From NCBI RefSeq assembly GCF_009914755.1, contig NC_060938.1: 64,000 nt of DNA, one strand, 5' to 3'. Of the stretch, positions 40,078 through 53,753 are shown one piece after another; positions within the stretch are counted from its first letter, which is position 1, and every line of letters begins with the position of its first letter. The position numbers were made by a program, and so were the translations under genes. The stretch comes from the human T2T-CHM13v2.0 reference genome, Homo sapiens. Below the pieces are notes generated by a model. The model saw nothing but the letters and a program-made list of their open reading frames with translations, searched no databases and was not told the DNA's origin.

Positions 40078-40550
40078 CTTTCTCCGGATTCAGAAAACCT
40101 CTTCACAAAGGTAGAAGAGAAAGAAAACAATTTTATCACAGAATATGCATTAAACCAGAATGTGGTATGCATTCCATGCAATCCACTAAGAGACTGCAAA
40201 GACAATCTTTATGATAGGAGGTAATTCTGCACCTTGGAACAGAGTACTCTGACAAATTAGGCTCCTAACTTTCCATATAAACTGGAAGATAAGGGCACTA
40301 TCTTCCTTGATGCTTACATTTCAAAGAGATGATTACCAGTTACTTAAGAAAGATGTTGTGATCATAAAGCTGGCAAGTGGATTATTTAGCTTTTAAAAGT
40401 TTTTACGTACGTTTACAAAAGACAAAAAATTACCTTACAATTACGTATTTTCTAATGTAAATGCTCTAAGAAAATGTAGGAGGGAAAGTCTTGCCTTTTT
40501 TTTCCCCCAAAGGTTGAAAAATTTACTTTAAATTTGTATTTGCCCTTACA
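40078..40550 (-). mobile_element. ERV1-class solo LTR (MER89/MER90-like)
   Basis: Ends gtatttgcccttaca (sense start tgtaagggcaaatac); internal cttccttgatgcttacatttcaaagagatg and gtaaatgctctaagaaaa; exact family uncertain. Confidence 0.6.
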
Positions 40551-43500
40551 ACAGGCATCTGAATCTCAGGTGGAATTCTTACTGAAGCTCAAAAATTAGT
40601 AGGCCAGGCTCACACTGCCAAGGAAGTGGAGTACCAGAGACTTCAGCTTTCAGTCTGGAGAGAGAGAGTGGCTCATCTCCACCTGAAAAAATCGGAAGGT
40701 AGGAGGGTGAAGAGAGCAATTTTCAATAAAAATGCAAATTCATAGAAGGCAATAGTGGTACCAAGTCTCCTTCCTGAGTTTGGTGGGACAAGGGTATATT
40801 TTCAAATGGATGTCATGTTGCAATCCTAAATGCTGAGAAGAGTAGACATTAGGCATTCAACAGCAGATGCAAGCCTGAAGAAAGACCTCCCAAAAAGTCA
40901 AACAGAAGAGGTAACACTCAGAGAATGGTGAAGTTTGGAAATTTTGTGGTGCTGGGGTCCTCCAAAGAACCTATTAAGGTACCATCATTAAAGATCTTAC
41001 ACTTTTATATCTCTCGTAAAAGAAAGAATTCAAATACAAGATAAAAGGACTAACAGCACTGACTAAATAAAAAGCCTTTCCCTGTGGAAGCTTTGTCCCT
41101 TCCGTTTTTATCCCTGGAGTTGATTTGCAGAAGCAAGGGAGGAAGAATGTGGAGCAAACAGGATGGAAACAAATTATTTCCTTTCTGTTGTTTTGTCTCT
41201 TGTCTAGGGAGAGTAGAAAAACATTGAATGCAATGTGAAATTAAAGATTGATTTAAATTGCCTAAGTCAATACCTTAAAATGGTTAGAAAGCTATAGAAA
41301 CTTGTCAAAATGTGAGCAAAAGGAAGTTATCAATGTTGGGAGAAAAAAAATCTCACAAAGTATTTGAGAACAGTGTTTCCTAAGATACCATAGAAAGTCT
41401 AATATATTTATTAAACCATTGCTTGTGCTATGTATTTAAATTCAAAATACAGTCACACATTTTTATGTAAAGAAAATGCCGGTGAAGAAATCTAGTTCCT
41501 TTGGCTATACAATCTGGGTTTTCTTTGTTTTGTTTTTGGTACATATATGTATGTGTTTTGCCATCTGTAAATATACAGGTTTTTTTAGTTCTTTTAAAAA
41601 TTTTCATCACATTATTATATAATTTAATTACTTTGAACACTGATACTTCCTCCCACCTTCTCTCCCTCACTTATTTCCATGTTTTGCTTTTTTTGCAAAT
41701 ATATAACATTATCTTGTATTTTCATGATTTATAACTTTTCTTTTGTATATCATAATTATTATTATTATAGTATCTTTTCACATGTAAATGGATTTATTGC
41801 TCACCAGCGGCTATTTCCTTACATGTTCCTCTATTCCTGAATGCCTTATTTTATCAACTATTAGTTGATAGTATCTCATCTTCAAGCCACACCTTTCCAT
41901 AGACTCTAAGGGCACTGTATTCCCTGAGCTCTTGCATTGTTTGTAAATGTCTTTCTTCTGCATTTACATATGAATGGAAGTTTGCTGTGTATAACATTTG
42001 ATTTACTCTTTGTGTCACTTAGCATTCAGATGCCGTTACATTACTATGAATTGGAATTGACACTGCTCTTGAGACATCTAAGCCAAACTTGATTTTTCTC
42101 TTCGTTAGTTATTTTCATAGCTTACATATTTTTCTACATGAATGCTTGGTGAATACTTTCTTCACATTTAAAAGTTTCATATTTTCACTGCTTCCCAGTG
42201 CCATGGTTCAGAGTACCCATAGGTCTTCAGGTAGGAAGTCCCCTGATGGTGGCAGCTTCACCGGGGTGGGAGGAGGGCTCTATAATGGGAGTGGAAGGTA
42301 GGGAGAGGCCCAGAAAGCAGGGAGAGAACTGCACCACATTCATAGCTACTGTTGCTATTGTGGTGGACCCTCCTTCAGGCTCAGGGTGCTGCTTCTGACA
42401 CTGCTCCTACCCACAGGGGTCACAGAATCCAGTAACTGACACACCAGCTCCAACAGTGGTCATCACAATAGCCTCAAAGCCAAAGACCACCAAAAGAGGT
42501 GCCGGTGACCCAAAGTCTACAGCTAGTCCCCTCGTGGTTTGGCTTGCTACTCTTCTAACTCTACATCTGTGCTGTTAAGAAACTCAGGACAAGAACTATC
42601 TCTACTTTCTGTTCTCATCTTGTAAAATTCAATCCAAAAGGCATCTAGAAGTCCAGTATGGCAAGGAAAAAAATAAGCCTTTTCTGAACCTACTAATACC
42701 ACTAATATTATTGATGCAGAAAATGTTGAGAACTTCAAGTGTGACTGGTTTTAAGAGTATCTGAAAGATTTGACTAGATGGCACATGCAAATATTTAATC
42801 TTCTAGAGTTTCATGTACAGGACTGAAGAGAGATATCCACAAATAAAGATATGAATTCATTAAAGGTGGCTTAAGAAATATGAAGAAGTAGAATTCTACC
42901 TTGAAAATAAGAGGATTTTACCCTAATGTAGAGAAAAAAAGGGTAAGGTATGGAATAGAGATTCAGTTTCCTTTTTGGTTCATCAAATCTATACAGCCAT
43001 AAAACAATTCTGTAATATATAAAGCTCGCATGGTCTCTTTTGTACATTGGAAGAATCTCCAGCTAGTTACTGTAAATCTTCCATATTATTTGAAAATACT
43101 AATTTTCTGCTGATGTCTAAAAAATGTTTTACATTGTTACATCCTCACTGAATTTTTTTTCCTCTGGGCTTTGGATTAGGCTTTTCATTCGACTTTCTGT
43201 GTAGTAAGTGATATGTGCCAGTGCCATCATTGACTGCAATGCATCCCAAATCCAAGTGTAATTAGTATGTCTTGCTTAGACAGAGATAAAGTAAAAGGGT
43301 ATTTCTCATCCCAAGTTGACTTCAACTAAATTTTAAAATATTTTTATGTTTGCATATGTTCAATAAATTTAACAACTTTAAAAATATTTGTTTTGAAGGC
43401 ATATTTGACAAAACTTGAAATTAAGAGACAGGCATTTGAAAGAGTCAAATATAATTTAAACCATGTATTTGGGAAGCAAAGATGTTAAACTGCATTAAGT

Positions 43501-44439
43501 TTACTGTCTCTCTCTCTCTCTCATACTGTTTCTGTAAGTACTTTTTGTTTAACTTTATATATCAGAATAGACACATTTTGAAACTCCTTGTTTATAAGTT
43601 ATAGTTGTAGTTAGAATCCATTCTTAATCCTAAAGTGGGCTTGATCTATAAGGTAAATCTTTTACAACTTCTACAATGCACAGATAACTTTCAGAAATAG
43701 ACATTTCATGAAGTTTTTGATTCAAACCATCACATACTGTTGCTTCAATATTCTAGTATCCAATATGGCCAGTGTAGTATTAATAACCAAAGACAATTTT
43801 TGCCATCTTTAGAAACTTCATTGAAGAAAACTAAAACCAATAGGTCTCAAGCCACTATGTGTGGGAATGAACACTTCCTTTTGCTTCATATGTAGGCATT
43901 GTGTATCTCTTCTGGATTATACTTTCTATCTGTGTATCTATGCTTTGACTCTTAGTAGTTTTTCATGTTATAAAATTGATTTGCATTGGGAAAACACATT
44001 TTTAAAAAGGAGTAAAGAGCAGAAACAAGATCAATAAACTCAACCAGAATATATCTCTGTGTATACCATCTGGCATGAATCTTTCTTAAAACATGGTATT
44101 TATTACCACTACGCATATTTGTGGTTTTATTTAGGTAAAGTTGTCTTTTTTATATCTTTAATAGATGTATGTTTTCTTTAACTGTTAGTGTTTTCAATAA
44201 GGCACTCTGTGCATATTCTGGATTTCCTTTGTTTGACACTCATATGCAGAACATATTTGTTTCCTTGTATGACTTTCACCAGATTGTTCTCCATGGCATT
44301 GGATTCATGTTCAGTGGTATCTTTTCCAGTTCATGATGTTTTTAATGCATATCTCATTTTTGTAATGGTTCAATTGTTTTCTTTCCTTAGCTTTATTATC
44401 ATTCATCTTCTTTTGTTTTCTCAGATGCAATAGAGGAAA

Positions 44440-44610
44440 ATAACTAAGAGCACAGATTTTGGAGCCATACAGCTTGGGATACAATCCCTTCTGTGCTGGG
44501 TAACCTTGATCAAGTTACTTAATCTTTCATAAACTTTGCTGTAATGTTAAAAAAATGGGAATAATGATACCATTTACCTTATTGGGTTGCTGTGAGGAAT
44601 GCATGAGCAC
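44440..44610 (+). mobile_element. MIR
   Basis: taagagcacagattttggagcc ... gtaaccttgatcaagttacttaatct ... gggttgctgtgagga. Confidence 0.75.
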
Positions 44611-45506
44611 TTGGTTGAGTACCTGACTGGAGCGGGATGAAGCATTTAGTAACTGAGTGCTCAAGCAGTCCAATCAAAAAATAAAGGAGACTATTAATAA
44701 TAGCAATGGCTATTATCTCTGTTTAAAATAGTCTCCTTTCCTTTTTGATTTTTATATAAGAGGTGGGTTTTTTGCTTTTTTTTTTTTTTTTTTTTTGCTT
44801 ATTTGTTTTAAAAAGGAGTGTTTTAAATGAGCCTACTCTTTGCCTAAGAAAATTAATTAGCTATGAGCTAAAGCATCATCAGATAAATGATCCTGGAAAG
44901 GGATACTGAAAGTCAACAGAATTTAATCCCCTTTTTGGTAAGTACAACAATGAAAACACTTGGATTGAATTGCTCAACGATCTTGGGTATCGTTGAACAT
45001 CTCTGGAATGCAGCTGAAAACTGATATTTTGTCTCTTTTGTTTTCCTTCTCATTTCATTTCCAGCAGTTTCTTTTCTGGTCATGAATCAGATATGGTGAA
45101 GGAATAAGATTTTTGTGTTCACAGAATCCTCAGAACCTTCAGCCTTTCCGTGAAGTTGAAATTAGATCCTCTGTTTTGGTAGCCCTGGCACTTATTTGCA
45201 CTTTATGGGTTTTGGTTATCTTCAGTTTAATTGAAGATGGTGCTTGCAGTTTTTATTCTTCTCCTTTGTAAAGCAATGTTTCTGTCTGTTATAACTGTAT
45301 GGAATATGTAATAAAAAAGTGCTGTCAAATCATTATGCAAAAATGGTGATTTCAAAACACACATGTTTCATAACTGTGACTTTTTCAGCTAATCAGGCAA
45401 GAAACTTTTTCTTAAAATTGTCTCTTGATATGATACTAATATTAACATTCTATATAAATACAAGTAACCAGGACTCCCAATTATGTCTTTTTCAATCTCT
45501 AAGTAA

Positions 45507-45913
<407 letters not shown>

Positions 45914-46002
45914 TGAAGCTCTTTCATCAAAAACAGTATCTTGCACATTTATATGCCTTAGCAGAGAGCCAGGCACATATTTGTCATGTAAAATATACTT
46001 GT

Positions 46003-46930
46003 AATCTCCACACTGTCTTCCACAATGGTTGAACTAATTTATACTCCCACCAACAGTGTAAAAGTATTCCTATTTCTCGACATCCTCTCCAGCATCTGTT
46101 GTTCCCTGATTTTTTTAATGATCACCATTCTAACTGGCATGAGATGGTATCTCATTGTGGTTTTGATTTGTGTTTTTCTAATGACCAGTGATAATAAGCT
46201 TTTTTTCAAATGTTTGTTGGCCACATAAATGTCTTCTTTTGAGAAGTGTCTGTTCATGTCCTTCACCCACTTTTTGATGGGGTTGTTTGTTTTTTTCTTA
46301 TAAATTTGTTTAATTTCCTGTAGATTCTGGATATTAGCCCTTTGTCAGATGGATAGATGGCAAAAATTTTCTCCCATTCTGTAGGATCTAGAACCAGAAA
46401 TACCATTTGACGTAGCAATCTCATTACTGGGTATATACCCAGAGAACTATAAATCATTCTACTATAAAGACACATACACATGTATGTTTACTGCAGCACT
46501 ATTCACAATAGCAAAGACTTGGAACCAACCCAAATGCCCATCAATGATAGACTGGGATAAAGAAAATGTGGCACATATACACCATGGAATACTATGCAGC
46601 CATAAAAAAGAGTTAGTTCATATTGTTTGCAGGGACATAGATGAAGCTGGAATCCATCATTCTCAGCAAACTAACACAGGAACAGAAAGCCAAACACCAC
46701 ATGTTCTCACTCATAAATGGGAGGTGAACAATGAGAACACATGGACACAGGGAGGGGAACATCACACATGGGTGCCTGTCAGTGGGTGTGGGGCTACGGG
46801 AGGGATAGCATTAGGAGAAATACCTAATGTAGATGATGGGTTGATGGCTGCAGCAAACCACCATGGCACATGTATACCTATGTAACAAACCTGCACATTC
46901 TGCACATGTATCCCAGTACTTAAAGTATAA
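46003..46930 (+). mobile_element. 5'-truncated and 5'-inverted LINE-1 (L1PA7-type)
   Basis: 46003-46385 is antisense ORF2; 46383-46930 is the sense ORF2 end plus 3'UTR (gtagatgatgggttgatggctgcagcaaaccaccatggc). Confidence 0.92.
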
Positions 46931-47596
46931 TATATATTATTTTATTTTATATATATAAAATATATATACATAATTGTAAATTAGAGTTACATAGATGAGT
47001 GTAAAAAAGTTTTAAATGATTGTAAGAAAACATTTGAGATGGAGAACATTTATATATTCAGAGCCACTGTGGTATTCCATGAAACTACTAGGAATAGAGT
47101 ATATTATATTTATCACAGAAAGTGTCTACACTTAATAATTATTCTTAGAAATGTTTAAGGTCAAACACTACATTTTTATAGTGTTTAACCTAACCTCACA
47201 TTTTTAAAAATTATTATCAAATCCCTGCCCAGGTGGCATTTCTCACGTCTATTAATCACAGCCCCTGCTATTTAATGACATAGTGGACACCAAGGCTTGG
47301 AAGAACTTTGTGAAAATAAAAGATAAGACAAAACAAAATGAATAAATATGCATATAATGAAACATAATTTAATTTTCCAACACAGTTACTTTTTAGGTTT
47401 TAGTAAATATATTGGAAACCTTAAGATACTAATGAATAACTTAGTCTTTTTATTTTCAATATATTTGAATTAAATATAATTTTGCTCATATTTCATTGTG
47501 GATATCTTTTCAAAAATATTTTAATTTAATATTTTTTCTATTGATTTGATATATTCTCCCCCCCTCAGGAAAACAAAACAAAACTTTTCCTATATA

Positions 47597-47925
47597 CATT
47601 TGTCCTTTGGTAGCCGTGGGAGAATGGGGAACTTGTTCCAGAAACTTCATAGACACCAAAATTCACAGATTCTCAAGTCCCTTGTATAAAATGCCTTAAT
47701 ATTATCATATAACTGAGGTACAATCTAAAGCATCTCTAAACTACTCATAATACCCAATAAAATGCCTACATATTACTTCATGGAGATTCAACAGAGTACT
47801 TGACATGCAGCAAATTTAGGTTTTGCTTTTTGGAACGTTGTGGGTATTTTTTTTTTTCAAATATTTTCAATCTGTGGTTGGTTGAATTCATGGATATGGA
47901 ACCCACAGACATGGAAGGCTAACTA
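47597..47925. mobile_element. MER2-type Tigger DNA transposon
   Basis: Degenerate TIRs catttgtcctttggtagccgtggg / cccacagacatggaaggctaacta, TA flanks, internal ctgtggttggttgaattcatggat. Confidence 0.8.
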
Positions 47926-50299
47926 TATTTCTTTCATTTACATACCGTTTTGACATTGTATAAGTGCAAATTGTCCAATAAAAATACCATAATTCATAAA
48001 ATATTTTAGAAATGTATCAGTAAGCCTTTTGCCAGACTAACTGCTTTGCCCTAACTACCCACTCAAATACTGACACTTGTTCCACGGAGCAGATAGGCTC
48101 TAGTACTCTAGATTTACAAAAGAGGTGGATTTCAGGTACCTAGCATGTAACTAGGCAGCTGAACCCACGTCCGGCCTCCTCAAACACTGGTTTCTTCTCT
48201 AAACTTATGACAGCTTCCAACCCATCAGGACTTTTATTTATATCCAACTTTTGATCCTTTCCCACTTCTTTTCTCCGTCCCAGACCAAAGGAGATCACAA
48301 TCTGACTATCTGTGACATTATGTCTAATTCTTAAAAGTGGCTAGCCTTTCCAAAAACTAGAAGCAGCCACTGGAAAAAAAGTCACTTAAAAAAAATGAAC
48401 AATATTAAATCTTTTGAAATAGTAATCTTGGTACATAATACAATATTTGAAGGAAAATAAAATGTATGTCTTAATACATTTTCCTTAATGCCTCAATTAC
48501 CGTAATAAAGGTAGGTTACTGTTTTCCTGTGTATTCTTCCAGAGATATTCTATGTTTAACAAAACACAAATGTTTATTTTCTGTTTATTTAGTGTGTAAA
48601 ATGTATCTTACACAAGTGACCCCAAAGTATTCACACTGTTATGGATCTTACTTTTTCCTCATTTTTTTGCCTAACTACATATGGGGAAGTTTGGTAGGCA
48701 TAGGAGTAGAAGAAGAGTGTTCTGGAACATAAATAAGACAGTAAAGTTACCGTTCATCGAAGTAAGAAAACAAGGGGTCAGCTTTTTGTTCCTCAGTACC
48801 AGTCAATCATCGGGAAAGGGAGTAGGTAACCTTCCTGGTGAATCAACTCCAGCCAGCCAAGGACAATGATCAATCCATTATAGAAGAACGGCAGTCATTA
48901 ATTCAAAGCAACCGAGAATAGAGGCACCCAGTCACACTCACAGCAAATGGGGAATGTGTGCCCTGACCCACTAACAGAAAACTAGATGGGGCATTACATT
49001 ACTAGACGTATGTTTTACTTTAATATTGTATTTGATTATTTTTCTCAGTGTCTGCTTTCATTCTTAAGTCCTTAAGAATAAATCAAACCATACATCATGG
49101 TAACAGCAGATACTAGCCTGCGAGACATTACAAGAGGACTTTGAAAAAGGACCTCAAAAAAATATATATAATATAATACACCATGATCTCATTTATATCT
49201 TACACAAAACTTCAAACCTAGCTCAATCTCCCCATCTCTCCTTCAGGGACTGGCTCAACTGATAAGTACAGTTCTGCAAAGCAGAGAGTTAGAGACAAGT
49301 TCTCAGTCAACAAAAAAGGACAAAAAAAAAAATCCCCATGACACAATGAAGCCTAAAACTACCTCAAAAATCTTGGCAGAAAAAAGCAAAAGAGCCTGGA
49401 ATCTGTAAGTCGGGAAGATAATTCCTAGTGCTGACACAATGAAAAGAAATTGATACAAAATAGGAGTCTGAGTCAGGAAGAAGAGTAAAATATGGCTCTC
49501 AAATTTTTGAGAAACAGGAGAATGCAATGAATATAATGCTTGCTTTTTAAAGTGAGCTGGGACCATGTTCCAAATCAGAGCTGAAAAAAAAATTCTGAAA
49601 AGGTGTATGCTCAGAGGATAGAGAGTAAGTTCAGAGTAAAATGTAGATGGATGAGGCAAGAGATACAGAGAGATGTTGTAGTTGGGGATGTGGTTTAGAG
49701 TCAGAATTTGAAGTAACTATTGAATGACTACAGTCCTTTTATAGTTAGAGCAAAGAAAACTTTATTTAAAATTAGAAGCTAGAATGGATTACAACAATAA
49801 TCTCTAAGAGTGTAGGTTTTATTTTTACAGGCTGAAAATTACATAAAAATAATAATATATTGGGCTAATTAAAATATGCTTCACAGAATGAGTTACATCT
49901 AGATAATGTGTGTATCCACTTAACACAATTGTACACATAAAATATTTTTTAAATATTGAGTTAATTTTTGTTTTTGAAACATAAAAGGATTATGTTTTAT
50001 TGGACATTACTGCTAAGAGCTAAGCTGAAATATGTTTTATAGCACAATGATTATAGTGACCAAGATACTATTTTTAATCTATAATTTTAAGAATAACATT
50101 TTCTCTTTTTTGCACTTTTAAACCATTGTTTATAAATTTTAAACATCTATTAAAATCATTCTTAACTGAAAAATGTATTCTTCCCTTAGAAATAATATTA
50201 ATAAACAGTTGATGGAAAATTTAATCAAATGGAAGTTGAATCATTTGGAGCCAACTATACCTTAAATCTCATCTTGATCTATAGGCAGAATTTGAAGAC

Positions 50300-51510
50300 T
50301 CTCCTCTTAGGGAAATTTATGAGGTTTTCAGGATATTACAGTTTCCTCAGTATCCTTCTGCCTTACTGATTTCCACTTCTTCCTTATCTCCTTAAACCTT
50401 GAGTGTTTCTATCTGCACTCCACCAAGCTTGGTTGGACCTCTTCACTTTCTTATGCTATTTACTCTCTTGATTATCTCATCAAGTCTTGTGACATTAAAT
50501 ACCATATATCCAGTTGTGAATCCCAAATTCTACCTTAACCTTCTGCCTTAACCTTGCTCATGAAAGTAAGATGCATATTTAAATGACCACTCGTTGTTTC
50601 TTATACATGTCAAATTTACCATTTTCAAAACTGAGCAACGAATCTTGGTCCTAAACTTAGCCGTCCAAAATCTCCCCTTGTTAATTCATGAATGCCTCAT
50701 GCTTCTGATTGTTCATGCCAAACCTTGGTGACATCTAGAATTCTCTCATTTTCTTGTATCTGACTTCCAATCCTTGGACAATATTTTATCGGACCAACAT
50801 TCAAAATAGAATTAGGATCTTACCTTTGCTTATTACTTGCACTACCACCTCTTCAAGTCACAGTCGCCTCTCACCTGTGGTGTTACACATGCCTCTTAAA
50901 GCCTGCTACACCTTTTTTTTTTCTATTTTCAATTCCACTGCCAGAGACATCCTGTTAAAAAGTAAGATTTTACCACTCTGCTCAAAAGCCACCAAGTTTC
51001 CATTGTCATTCAAAATCAAACACAAAATTTTAAAATAGCTTACAAGACCTTATATTATCTGCAATCCTCACTCCTAGCTTAAGTTTCACAGTCTCTCATA
51101 ACTTCCTATTCCCATTATACTGGTTTCTATGCTGTATTCTATTGCTGGCTTGGAACCTTCACACTTGCTGGTCTCTGTTGCTGAAATTCTCTTATTGCAG
51201 GTAACTGCATGAAACACTTGTATTCCTTATGCTTTTAATTTTTTTAATTCAAATATTACTTTCTCAGTGGTAAAATTGCCTTCCACCAATACTGCCTATC
51301 CTTTACTGCTTTATTTTCCTTTATAGAAAACTGAACATCTAATATACTATATATTTTTACTACTCATTTTCATCTATTACTCTGTCTGAAATATTAGAGA
51401 CATGGAGCCAGGGGAGATTTTTTTTTCTCTTTTCATTGCTATACACTTGCTTCTAGAACATTACATGGAATATATTTATGTATTTGATAACTATTTATTG
51501 AATAAATAAA
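50300..51510 (+). mobile_element. L2 (L2a-type) relic
   Basis: ttatctcatcaagtcttgtgacattaaataccat, ccactgccagagacatcctgttaaaa, terminal tatttattgaataaataaa. Confidence 0.75.
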
Positions 51511-51811
51511 ATTACTTGTTATACAGCATTAGTTCTAAAGGGTTGAATAATTATCAATAATTATATACCATGAACTAAAGAGGTGCCCAAAGTTGTTTAC
51601 ACAAGCATGTCCATCAGGACATTGTTTATAATATTTAAACATTTAAAACAACTTAACTTTTAAGTAGCTAAATAATTATTCATGTTTATGGTGAAGCACA
51701 ATAAAGGCATTGACATCATACCATATTTGTAAATTGCACAAAACATAGGAAAAGTCCTTCAGGTATTCACACACATGTGTATGTGTGTAACTGAATTACT
51801 TTCCCCATGCT

Positions 51812-52032
51812 CTATTTATAAATGCAATGATTTTAATGCCTTAATTATACTTTATCATGAACATGAATACATACGTGCATATATATAGTTTTATATATAG
51901 CATATATGCTATATATATGCATATATATGGCTTTATATATAGCATATATGCATATATAGTTATATATACGTGTGTATTCATGTTCATCATAAAGTATAAT
52001 TAAGACATTAAAATTATTTTATTTATATATAG
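51812..52032. repeat. AT-rich long inverted repeat (65-bp arms, 91-bp TA-rich spacer)
   Basis: 51812-51876 versus the reverse complement of 51968-52032 is 58/65 identical by manual alignment. Confidence 0.92.
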
Positions 52033-52112
52033 TTATATATAGTTTAATATATATGGTTATATATATATATAAAGAGAGTTACCTTTAACCTTTGTTATGC
52101 ATAACTGAAGGA

Positions 52113-52220
52113 CTTTTCTTTCTCCTTCCTTTCCTCTCCCCCTCCTTCTCTTCTCCTTCCCTCTGTCCTTCCTTCCTTTCTGATCTCCTTCTTTCCTTCA
52201 TTGTTTCCTACCTTCATTCT
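52113..52220. repeat. CT-rich low-complexity tract
   Basis: Read directly. Confidence 0.85.
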
Positions 52221-53314
52221 AATGTTTTTTAGAATCTTGTTTTTAAAAATCTGTTTATACTAAAGTATACATATATTTATAAGCCTGTCTTCAGATAAAT
52301 ACATCATACATTCTACAAGTACTGAATTGTCTTTTTAGTTTCCCCAGTGGTTACTGAGGCTAAATAATCTTTTACACCCTTGGCAATATCAACATTTTCT
52401 GCATTAACATCTCCTTTTGCCCTTTAATGGTGTCACTTACTTTTGGCCTAGCTATTGCCTTCTCATATATACTTAAAGAAGGATATGCTGTTTTATGACT
52501 GACCCAATTTTACGCCTTTTCCTTTATTTGTCATTTTTTAAATTGTTAAGATTTTTGTTGTTTTCATTGCCTTTTTTGTTATCCATTATATTTAAACTAG
52601 AGATAAATATTTATCTATAATACTATTTTAAAGATTTTTTTTCTATAAAGCAAAAAGCCATGTTTTTCTACAAAGTAAATACTATTTTAAGGGGCAAGGT
52701 AGAGGAAAAAAATTACTCAAAAAAGTTCTAATTAGTTTAGAGACATCTTCCTACTTATTAACTTCCATTACACTCTGAGAACCCATGATCTCATATAATT
52801 CCCATTTACTAACTGAATAACCTAAAGGTGGCAGGCCAAGTAACCTACAGGAATTCATGAAGAACATGAGAGAGTAATCTCACCTTCACAAAGTAAATGA
52901 TAAAGTTGCAAGGGAATCAAAATGTGAAGGAAAATGATTTCATTAGCAGTTGAAGACTGGGTCAACATAAAGGTCCCAAATCCAATTTTTTCTCATTTTA
53001 CAACACATACCACTCTGAAATTTATTTGAAATATTATGACTGAAAAATGTGGTTTCAGTGATAAGCAAATCTGAATTTCCATAAGCAAAGTGAAAGGAAG
53101 ACTTGATAAAATCTTACTTAGTGAAGTAATGGCTTATTTTATTATCTGGAAAATTTTTTGTTTGTTTGTTTTAATGCACTTGGCCTATTTAAACTCACCC
53201 ATTGCATCCTGTTACATAAACTGACCTGTGAAAAATTTAATTGCAAAGGCCACTCATGGACAGTTATGAAAGAGGTAAACAGAAACATGGAAGCATAAGG
53301 CCATTTGTAAATTA

Positions 53315-53753
53315 CTTGTTTATTTGTTGTTTTGTCTTTTTAGATTGAGGGGGTGCATGTACTCATTTATTACATGGGGATTACATGCTTAATGTTAAGG
53401 ATTGGGCTTTTAGTGTATTCATCATCTAAATGTTGAATATTGTACCCAACAGGTAATTTTTTTACCCTTACAGCCCTCCTACTCTACCCACTTTTGGCAT
53501 CCCCAGAGTCTGTTCTTTCCATTTTTATGTACATATGTACCCATTGCTTAGGTCCCACTTATAAGTGACAAAATGCTATATCAGATTTTCTGCTTTAGAG
53601 TCAGTTCACTTAGGATAATGGCCTCTAGCTGTACACATGATGCAGCAAATAACATGATTTTATTATTTTCTATTGCTGGGTAGTGTTCCATGGTGTATAT
53701 ATATCATATGTTCTTTATCCAATCCACAGTGAATGAACACTTAGGTTGATTCC
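53315..53753 (-). mobile_element. L1 3' end (L1PA16/17-type)
   Basis: tagattgagggggtgcatgt ... tcccacttataagtga ... ttcacttaggataatggcctc ... cacttaggttgattcc. Confidence 0.85.
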
